Of a stretch of 64,000 bases of DNA, positions 53,801 to 64,000 are shown piece by piece. This DNA comes from Eledone cirrhosa (Eukaryota): contig OZ024744.1 in NCBI GenBank assembly GCA_964016885.1, forward strand, positions 21,576,001 to 21,640,000. Direction: 5' to 3'. Positions within the stretch are counted from its first letter, which is position 1, and every line of letters starts with the position of its first letter. Below the pieces are notes generated by a model. The model ran no database searches, was not told where the DNA came from, and saw only the letters and a program-made list of their open reading frames with translations. The position numbers and the translations under genes were made by a program.

Positions 53801-56800
53801 CAGTTAGAAGAGGTGACAGGCACAACAGCTATGACATCTTCAGACAGTTAGAAGAGGTGACAGTAACAACAGCTATGGCATCTTCAGACAGAAGAGGTGA
53901 TAGCCACAACAGTTATGACATCTTCAGACAGATAGAAGAGGTGACAGGCACAACAGCTATGACATCTTTAGACAGTTAGAAGAGGTGACAGCCACAACAG
54001 CTATGACATATTCAGACAGTTAGAAGGGGTGACAGGCACCACAGCTATGACATCTTCAGACAGTTAGAAGAGGTGACAGCCACAACAGCTATGACACCTT
54101 CAGACAGTTATAAGATGTGACAGCCACAACAGCTATGACATATTCAGACAGTTAGAAGAGGTGACAGGCACAACAGTTATGACATCTTCAGACAGTTAGA
54201 AGAGGTGACAGCAACAACAGCTATGGCATCTTCAGACAGATAGAAGAGGTGACAGGCACAACAGCTATGACATCTTTAGACAGTTAGAGGAGGTGACAGC
54301 CACAACAGCTATGACATATTCAGACAGTTAGAAGAGGTGACAGGCACAACAGCTATGACATCTTCAGACATTTAGAAGAGGTGACAGCCACAACAGCTAT
54401 GACATCTTTAGACAGTTAGAAGAAGTGACAGGAACAACAGCTATGACATCTTCAGACAGTTAGAAGAGGTGACAGGCACAACAGGTATGACATCTTCAGA
54501 CAGTTAGAAGAGGTGACAGCAACAAAAGCTATGACATCTTCAGACAGTTACAAGAGTTGACAGGCACAACAGCTATGACATCTACAGACAGAAGAGGTGA
54601 CAACCACAACAGCTATGACATATTCAGACAGTTAGAAGAGGTGACAGGCACAACAGCTATGACATCTTTAGACAGATAGAAGAGGTGACAGCCACAACAG
54701 CTATGACATCTTCAGCCAGTTAGAAGAGGTGACAGCCACAACAGCTATGACATCTTTAGACAGTTAGAAGAGGTGACAGCCACAACAGCTATGACATCTT
54801 CAGCCAGTTAGAAGAGGTGACAGCCACAACAGCTATGACATCTTTAGACAGTTAGAAGAGGTGACAGCCACAACAGCTATGACATCTTCAGACAGTGAGA
54901 AGAGGTGACAGGCACAACAGCTATGACATCTTCAGACAGTTAGAAGAGGTGACAGCCACAACAGCTATGACGTCTTTAGACAGTTAGAAGAGGTGAAAGG
55001 AACAACAGCTATGACATCTTCAGAGAGTTAGAAGAGGTGACAGGCACAACAGCTATGACATCTTCAGACAGTTAGAAGATGTTACAGCAACAACAGCTAT
55101 GGCATCTTCAGACAGAAGAGGTGACAGCCACCACAGTTATGACATCTTCAGACAGATAGAGGAGGTGACAGGCACAACAGCTTTGACATCTTTAGACAGT
55201 TAGAAGAGGTGACAGCCACAACAGCTATGACATATTCAGACAGTTAGGAGAGGTGACAGGCACAACAGCTATGACATCTTTAGACAGTTAGAAGAAGTGA
55301 CAGGAACAACAGCTATGACATCTTCAGACAGTTAGAAGAGGTGACAGGCACAACAGCTATGACATCTTCAGACAGTTAGAAGAGGTGACAGCAACAAAAG
55401 CTATGACATCTTCAGACAGTTACAAGAGTTGACAGGCACAACAGCTATGACATCTACAGACAGAAGAGGTGACAACCACAACAGCTATGACATATTCAGA
55501 CAGTTAGAAGAGGTGACAGCCACAACAGCTATGACATCTTCAGACAGAAGAGGTGACAGGCACAACAGCTATGACATCTTCAGAGAGTTAGAAGAGGTGA
55601 CAGCAACAACAGCTATGACATCTTCAGACAGTTAGCAGAGGTGACAGGCACAACAGCTATGATATCTTTAGACAGTTAGAAGAGGTGACAGCCACAACAG
55701 CTATGACATCTTCAGACAGAAGAGGTGACAGCTACAACAGCTATGACATCTTCAGAGAGAAGAGGTGACATACGCAACAGCTATAACATCTTCAGACAGT
55801 TAGAAGAGGTGACAGGCACAACAGCTATGACATCTTTAGACAGTTAGAAGAGGTGACAATCACAACAGCTATGACATCTTTAGACAGTTAGAAGAGGTGA
55901 CAGCCACAACAGCTATGACATCTTCAGACAGTTAGAAGAGGTGACAGGCACAACAGCTATGAATCTTTACACAGTTAGAAGAGGTGACAGGAACAACAGC
56001 TATGACATCTTCAGACAGTTAGAAGTGGTGACAGGCACAACAGCTATGACATATTCAGACAGTTAGAAGAGGTGACAGTAACAACAGCTATGGCATCTTC
56101 AGACAGAAGAGGTGACAGCCACAACAGTTATGACATCTTCAGACAGATAGAAGAGGTGACAGGCACAACAGCTATGACATCTTTAGACAGTTAGAAGAGG
56201 TGCCAGCCACAACAGCTATGACATATTCAGACAGTTAGAAGAGGTGACAGGCACAACAGCTATGACATCTTCAGAGAGTTAGAAGAGGTGACAGCCACAA
56301 CAGCTATGACATATTCAGACAGTTAGAAGAGGTGACAGCCACAACAGCTATGACATCTTCAGACAGAAGAGGTGACAGCTACAACAGCTATGACATCTTC
56401 AGAGAGAAGAGGTGACATGCACAACAGCTATGACATCTTCAGACAGAAGAGGTGACATACGCAACAGCTATAACATCTTCAGACAGTTAGAAGAGGTGAC
56501 AGGCACAACAGCTATGACATCTTTAGACAGTTAGAAGAGGTGACAACCACAACAGCTATGACATCTTTAGACAGTTAGAAGAGGTGACAGCCACAACAGC
56601 TATGACATCTTCAGACAGTTAGAAGAGGTGACAGGCACAACAGCTATGACATCTTTAGACAGTTAGAAGAGCTGACAGCCACAAGAGCTATGACATCTTC
56701 AGACAGTTAGAAGAGGTGACAGGAACAACAGCTATGACATCTTCAGACAGTTAGAAGAGGTGACAGCAACGACAGCTATGACATCTTCGGACAGAAGAGG

Positions 56801-59800
56801 TGACAGCCACAAAAGCTATGACATCTTCAGACAGTTAGAAGAGGTGACAGCAACAACAGCTATGACATCTTCAGCCAGTTAGAAGAGGTGACAGCCACAA
56901 CAGCTATGACATCTTTAGACAGTTAGAAGAGGTGACAGCCACAACAGCTATGACATCTTCAGCCAGTTAGAAGAGGTGACAGCCACAACAGCTATGACAT
57001 CTTTAGACAGTTAGAAGAGGTGACAGCCACAACAGCTATGACATCTTCAGACAGTGAGAAGAGGTGACAGGCACAACAGCTATGACATCTTCAGACAGTT
57101 AGAAGAGGTGACAGCCACAACAGCTATGACGTCTTTAGACAGTTAGAAGAGGTGAAAGGAACAACAGCTATGACATCTTCAGAGAGTTAGAAGAGGTGAC
57201 ATGCACAACAGCTATGACATCTTCAGACAGTTAGAAGATGTTACAGCAACAACAGCTATGGCATCTTCAGACAGAAGAGGTGACAGCCACAACAGCTATG
57301 ACATATTCAGACAGAAGAGGTGACAGGCACAACAGCTAAGACATCTTCAGAGAGTTAGAAGAGGTGACAGCAAAAACAGCTATGACATCTTCAGACAGTC
57401 AGAAGAGGTGACAGGCACAACAGCTATGATATCTTTAGACAGTTAGAAGAGGTGACAGCCACAACAGCTATGACATCTTCAGACAGAAGAGGTGACAGCT
57501 ACAACAGCTATGACATCTTCAGAGAGAAGAGGTGACATGCACAACAGCTATGACATCTTCAGACAGAAGAGGTGACATACGCAACAGCTATAACATCTTC
57601 AGACAGTTAGAAGAGGTGACAGGCACAACAGCTATGACATCTTTAGACAGTTAGAAGAGGTGACAACCACAACAGCTATGACATCTTTAGACAGTTAGAA
57701 GAGGTGACAGCCACAACAGCTATGACATCTTCAGACAGTTAGAAGAGGTGACAGGCACAACAGCTATGACATCTTTAGACAGTTAGAAGAGCTGACAGCC
57801 ACAAGAGCTATGACATCTTCAGACAGTTAGAAGAGGTGACAGGAACAACAGCTATGACATCTTCAGACAGTTAGAAGAGGTGACAGCAACGACAGCTATG
57901 ACATCTTCGGACAGAAGAGGTGACAGCCACAAAAGCTATGACATCTTCAGACAGTTAGAAGAGGTGACAGCAACAACAGCTATGACATCTTCAGACAGAA
58001 GAGGTGACAGCCACAACAGCTATGACATCTTCAGACAGTTAGAAGAGGTGACAGCCTCAACAGCTATGACGTCTTTAGACAGTTAGAAGAGGTGACACGA
58101 ACAACAGCTATGACATCTTCAGACAGTTAGAAGAGGTGACAGGCACAACAGCTATGACATCTTCAGACAGTTAGAAGAGGTGACAGTAACAACAGCTATG
58201 GCATCTTCAGACAGAAGAGGTGATAGCCACAACAGTTATGACATCTTCAGACAGATAGAAGAGGTGACAGGCACAACAGCTATGACATCTTTAGACAGTT
58301 AGAAGAGGTGACAGCCACAACAGCTATGACATATTCAGACAGTTAGAAGGGGTGACAGGCACCACAGCTATGACATCTTCAGACAGTTAGAAGAGGTGAC
58401 AGCCACAACAGCTATGACACCTTCAGACAGTTATAAGATGTGACAGCCACAACAGCTATGACATATTCAGACAGTTAGAAGAGGTGACAGGCACAACAGT
58501 TATGACATCTTCAGACAGTTAGAAGAGGTGACAGCAACAACAGCTATGGCATCTTCAGACAGATAGAAGAGGTGACAGGCACAACAGCTATGACATCTTT
58601 AGACAGTTAGAGGAGGTGACAGCCACAACAGCTATGACATATTCAGACAGTTAGAAGAGGTGACAGGCACAACAGCTATGACATCTTCAGACATTTAGAA
58701 GAGGTGACAGCCACAACAGCTATGACATCTTTAGACAGTTAGAAGAAGTGACAGGAACAACAGCTATGACATCTTCAGACAGTTAGAAGAGGTGACAGGC
58801 ACAACAGGTATGACATCTTCAGACAGTTAGAAGAGGTGACAGCAACAAAAGCTATGACATCTTCAGACAGTTACAAGAGTTGACAGGCACAACAGCTATG
58901 ACATCTACAGACAGAAGAGGTGACAACCACAACAGCTATGACATATTCAGACAGTTAGAAGAGGTGACAGGCACAACAGCTATGACATCTTTAGACAGAT
59001 AGAAGAGGTGACAGCCACAACAGCTATGACATCTTCAGCCAGTTAGAAGAGGTGACAGCCACAACAGCTATGACATCTTTAGACAGTTAGAAGAGGTGAC
59101 AGCCACAACAGCTATGACATCTTCAGCCAGTTAGAAGAGGTGACAGCCACAACAGCTATGACATCTTTAGACAGTTAGAAGAGGTGACAGCCACAACAGC
59201 TATGACATCTTCAGACAGTGAGAAGAGGTGACAGGCACAACAGCTATGACATCTTCAGACAGTTAGAAGAGGTGACAGCCACAACAGCTATGACGTCTTT
59301 AGACAGTTAGAAGAGGTGAAAGGAACAACAGCTATGACATCTTCAGAGAGTTAGAAGAGGTGACAGGCACAACAGCTATGACATCTTCAGACAGTTAGAA
59401 GATGTTACAGCAACAACAGCTATGGCATCTTCAGACAGAAGAGGTGACAGCCACCACAGTTATGACATCTTCAGACAGATAGAGGAGGTGACAGGCACAA
59501 CAGCTTTGACATCTTTAGACAGTTAGAAGAGGTGACAGCCACAACAGCTATGACATATTCAGACAGTTAGGAGAGGTGACAGGCACAACAGCTATGACAT
59601 CTTTAGACAGTTAGAAGAAGTGACAGGAACAACAGCTATGACATCTTCAGACAGTTAGAAGAGGTGACAGGCACAACAGCTATGACATCTTCAGACAGTT
59701 AGAAGAGGTGACAGCAACAAAAGCTATGACATCTTCAGACAGTTACAAGAGTTGACAGGCACAACAGCTATGACATCTACAGACAGAAGAGGTGACAACC

Positions 59801-62800
59801 ACAACAGCTATGACATATTCAGACAGTTAGAAGAGGTGACAGCCACAACAGCTATGACATCTTCAGACAGAAGAGGTGACAGGCACAACAGCTATGACAT
59901 CTTCAGAGAGTTAGAAGAGGTGACAGCAACAACAGCTATGACATCTTCAGACAGTTAGCAGAGGTGACAGGCACAACAGCTATGATATCTTTAGACAGTT
60001 AGAAGAGGTGACAGCCACAACAGCTATGACATCTTCAGACAGAAGAGGTGACAGCTACAACAGCTATGACATCTTCAGAGAGAAGAGGTGACATACGCAA
60101 CAGCTATAACATCTTCAGACAGTTAGAAGAGGTGACAGGCACAACAGCTATGACATCTTTAGACAGTTAGAAGAGGTGACAATCACAACAGCTATGACAT
60201 CTTTAGACAGTTAGAAGAGGTGACAGCCACAACAGCTATGACATCTTCAGACAGTTAGAAGAGGTGACAGGCACAACAGCTATGAATCTTTACACAGTTA
60301 GAAGAGGTGACAGGAACAACAGCTATGACATCTTCAGACAGTTAGAAGTGGTGACAGGCACAACAGCTATGACATATTCAGACAGTTAGAAGAGGTGACA
60401 GTAACAACAGCTATGGCATCTTCAGACAGAAGAGGTGACAGCCACAACAGTTATGACATCTTCAGACAGATAGAAGAGGTGACAGGCACAACAGCTATGA
60501 CATCTTTAGACAGTTAGAAGAGGTGCCAGCCACAACAGCTATGACATATTCAGACAGTTAGAAGAGGTGACAGGCACAACAGCTATGACATCTTCAGAGA
60601 GTTAGAAGAGGTGACAGCCACAACAGCTATGACATATTCAGACAGTTAGAAGAGGTGACAGCCACAACAGCTATGACATCTTCAGACAGAAGAGGTGACA
60701 GCTACAACAGCTATGACATCTTCAGAGAGAAGAGGTGACATGCACAACAGCTATGACATCTTCAGACAGAAGAGGTGACATACGCAACAGCTATAACATC
60801 TTCAGACAGTTAGAAGAGGTGACAGGCACAACAGCTATGACATCTTTAGACAGTTAGAAGAGGTGACAACCACAACAGCTATGACATCTTTAGACAGTTA
60901 GAAGAGGTGACAGCCACAACAGCTATGACATCTTCAGACAGTTAGAAGAGGTGACAGGCACAACAGCTATGACATCTTTAGACAGTTAGAAGAGCTGACA
61001 GCCACAAGAGCTATGACATCTTCAGACAGTTAGAAGAGGTGACAGGAACAACAGCTATGACATCTTCAGACAGTTAGAAGAGGTGACAGCAACGACAGCT
61101 ATGACATCTTCGGACAGAAGAGGTGACAGCCACAAAAGCTATGACATCTTCAGACAGTTAGAAGAGGTGACAGCAACAACAGCTATGACATCTTCAGACA
61201 GAAGAGGTGACAGCCACAACAGCTATGACATCTTCAGACAGTTAGAAGAGGTGACAGCCTCAACAGCTATGACGTCTTTAGACAGTTAGAAGAGGTGACA
61301 CGAACAACAGCTATGACATCTTCAGACAGTTAGAAGAGGTGACAGGCACAACAGCTATGACATCTTCAGACAGTTAGAAGAGGTGACAGTAACAACAGCT
61401 ATGGCATCTTCAGACAGAAGAGGTGATAGCCACAACAGTTATGACATCTTCAGACAGATAGAAGAGGTGACAGGCACAACAGCTATGACATCTTTAGACA
61501 GTTAGAAGAGGTGACAGCCACAACAGCTATGACATATTCAGACAGTTAGAAGAGGTGACAGGCACCACAGCTATGACATCTTCAGACAGTTAGAAGAGGT
61601 GACAGCCACAACAGCTATGACACCTTCAGACAGTTATAAGATGTGACAGCCACAACAGCTATGACATATTCAGACAGTTAGAAGTGGTGACAGGCACAAC
61701 AGTTATGACATCTTCAGACAGTTAGAAGAGGTGACAGCAACAACAGCTATGGCATCTTCAGACAGATAGAAGAGGTGACAGGCACAACAGCTATGACATC
61801 TTTAGACAGTTAGAGGAGGTGACAGCCACAACAGCTATGACATATTCAGACAGTTAGAAGAGGTGACAGGCACAACAGCTATGACATCTTCAGACATTTA
61901 GAAGAGGTGACAGCCACAACAGCTATGACATCTTTAGACAGTTAGAAGAAGTGACAGGAACAACAGCTATGACATCTTCAGACAGTTAGAAGAGGTGACA
62001 GGCACAACAGGTATGACATCTTCAGACAGTTAGAAGAGGTGACAGCAACAAAAGCTATGACATCTTCAGACAGTTACAAGAGTTGACAGGCACAACAGCT
62101 ATGACATCTACAGACAGAAGAGGTGACAACCACAACAGCTATGACATATTCAGACAGTTAGAAGAGGTGACAGGCACAACAGCTATGACATCTTTAGACA
62201 GATAGAAGAGGTGACAGCCACAACAGCTATGACATCTTCAGCCAGTTAGAAGAGGTGACAGCCACAACAGCTATGACATCTTTAGACAGTTAGAAGAGGT
62301 GACAGCCACAACAGCTATGACATCTTCAGCCAGTTAGAAGAGGTGACAGCCACAACAGCTATGACATCTTTAGACAGTTAGAAGAGGTGACAGCCACAAC
62401 AGCTATGACATCTTCAGACAGTGAGAAGAGGTGACAGGCACAACAGCTATGACATCTTCAGACAGTTAGAAGAGGTGACAGCCACAACAGCTATGACGTC
62501 TTTAGACAGTTAGAAGAGGTGAAAGGAACAACAGCTATGACATCTTCAGAGAGTTAGAAGAGGTGACAGGCACAACAGCTATGACATCTTCAGACAGTTA
62601 GAAGATGTTACAGCAACAACAGCTATGGCATCTTCAGACAGAAGAGGTGACAGCCACCACAGTTATGACATCTTCAGACAGATAGAGGAGGTGACAGGCA
62701 CAACAGCTTTGACATCTTTAGACAGTTAGAAGAGGTGACAGCCACAACAGCTATGACATATTCAGACAGTTAGGAGAGGTGACAGGCACAACAGCTATGA

Positions 62801-64000
62801 CATCTTTAGACAGTTAGAAGAAGTGACAGGAACAACAGCTATGACATCTTCAGACAGTTAGAAGAGGTGACAGGCACAACAGCTATGACATCTTCAGACA
62901 GTTAGAAGAGGTGACAGCAACAAAAGCTATGACATCTTCAGACAGTTACAAGAGTTGACAGGCACAACAGCTATGACATCTACAGACAGAAGAGGTGACA
63001 ACCACAACAGCTATGACATATTCAGACAGTTAGAAGAGGTGACAGCCACAACAGCTATGACATCTTCAGACAGAAGAGGTGACAGGCACAACAGCTATGA
63101 CATCTTCAGAGAGTTAGAAGAGGTGACAGCAACAACAGCTATGACATCTTCAGACAGTTAGCAGAGGTGACAGGCACAACAGCTATGATATCTTTAGACA
63201 GTTAGAAGAGGTGACAGCCACAACAGCTATGACATCTTCAGACAGAAGAGGTGACAGCTACAACAGCTATGACATCTTCAGAGAGAAGAGGTGACATACG
63301 CAACAGCTATAACATCTTCAGACAGTTAGAAGAGGTGACAGGCACAACAGCTATGACATCTTTAGACAGTTAGAAGAGGTGACAATCACAACAGCTATGA
63401 CATCTTTAGATAGTTAGAAGAGGTGACAGCCACAACAGCTATGACATCTTCAGACAGTTAGAAGAGGTGACAGGCACAACAGCTATGACATCTTTACACA
63501 GTTAGAAGAGGTGACAGGAACAACAGCTATGACATCTTCAGACAGTTAGAAGTGGTGACAGGCACAACAGCTATGACATATTCAGACAGTTAGAAGAGGT
63601 GACAGTAACAACAGCTATGGCATCTTCAGACAGAAGAGGTGACAGCCACAACAGTTATGACATCTTCAGACAGATAGAAGAGGTGACAGGCACAACAGCT
63701 ATGACATCTTTAGACAGTTAGAAGAGGTGCCAGCCACAACAGCTATGACATATTCAGACAGTTAGAAGAGGTGACAGGCACAACAGCTATGACATCTTCA
63801 GACAGTTAGAAGAGGTGACAGCCACAACAGCTATGACATATTCAGACAGTTAGAAGAGGTGACAGGCACAACAGCTATGGCATCTTCAGACAGTTAGAAG
63901 AGGTGACAGCCACAACAGCTATGACATCTTTAGACAGTTAGAAGAGGTGACAGCAACAACAGCTATGACATATTCAGACAGTTAGAAGAGGTGACAGGCA
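50830..64000. repeat. Overlapping recent duplications with periods of 2,120, 4,323 and 3,203 bp
   Basis: GACACGAAC lies at 51651, 53771, 58094 and 61297. ORFs start at 51437/53557/57880/61083 and 55429/59752/62955. TTCAGCCAG is at about 52551/56874, and the 1 bp deletion TATGAATCTTTACAC is at 55958/60281. Confidence 0.9.

Larger units (their letters stand above)
1..64000. repeat. Tandem satellite array of a 44 bp monomer (CTATGACATCTTCAGACAGTTAGAAGAGGTGACAG[G/C]CACAACAG) with a frequent 40 bp TTAG-deletion variant; runs off both window edges
   Basis: Bases 1-44 recur head-to-tail (45-88 and onward) to base 64000, always in the same orientation. The 40 bp form reads ...TCTTCAGACAGAAGAGG... 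(e.g. about 1265-1280). Consensus composition is A16 C9 G11 T8. No non-repeat insert was seen. Confidence 0.99.
34431..64000. repeat. Satellite sub-domain B (variant set B), drifting into a derived set after about 47.4-51 kb
   Basis: New variants appear: TTATAAGATGTGA (first about 34666), GGAAGAACAACT, GACATACGC, CAGACAGATAG and GCCTCAAC. Later ones are TTACAAGAGTTGAC, TTCAGCCAG, GACACGAAC and TTAGCAGAGG. Confidence 0.9.

Noticed and set aside
1456-63161. 33 short + strand ORFs (68-124 aa) as a multigene family
   Set aside because: They are translations of the satellite. All start at the same monomer position on GTG or TTG, persist only while 40/44 units alternate, and end at the monomer's own TAG or TGA. 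They have no unique flanks, promoter or RBS context, or recognisable domain.
1-64000. CRISPR array (partly palindromic repeat of about 30-40 bp)
   Set aside because: There are no unique spacers: units abut directly and the variable part is only a few substituted bases inherited through block duplications. There is no leader and no cas gene.
1-64000. Giant repetitive protein gene (mucin, adhesin or antifreeze-like) on either strand
   Set aside because: The 44 bp period is not a multiple of 3. The + strand has TGA, TAG and TGA and the - strand has TAA, TGA and TAG per monomer, so all frames close quickly. The track lists no minus-strand ORF.
1-64000. Rolling-circle or concatemer artefact, or synthetic DNA
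   Set aside because: Variants are hierarchically shared among nested duplications, form two regional repertoires and include stepwise series. That pattern is expected from evolution, not from random sequencing error on one template. Individual near-identical block pairs still need read support.
1-64000. Telomeric repeat or assignment to a named satellite family
   Set aside because: TTAGAAG only superficially resembles TTAGG or TTAGGG and there are no G-tracts. I do not recognise sequence identity to any named family without a database search.

Overview
The whole 64 kb window is one uninterrupted, single-orientation tandem satellite array. The consensus monomer is 44 bp (CTATGACATCTTCAGACAGTTAGAAGAGGTGACAG[G/C]CACAACAG; 45% GC, A-rich on +, no CpG). 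It is interleaved with a common 40 bp variant lacking TTAG and rare 43, 41 and 36 bp units, giving roughly 1,500 monomers. I see no genes, RNA genes, transposons, CRISPR spacers or unique sequence. The 33 listed ORFs arise wherever 40 bp and 44 bp units alternate (84 bp = 28 codons). Private variants show two sub-domains with different variant sets (switch at about 34.4-34.7 kb). They also show nested tandem duplications from 220 bp to about 10.8 kb rather than one fixed higher-order repeat. The monomer is a quasi-palindrome, and several clustered variants create better inverted repeats, which hints at template-switch mutagenesis. This looks like eukaryotic heterochromatic or (peri)centromeric satellite DNA from a high-accuracy assembly (inference). 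I cannot name the family or host, and the sequence alone does not support a new protein-coding system. Coordinates and offsets were read by eye from marker variants, so duplication boundaries are approximate.
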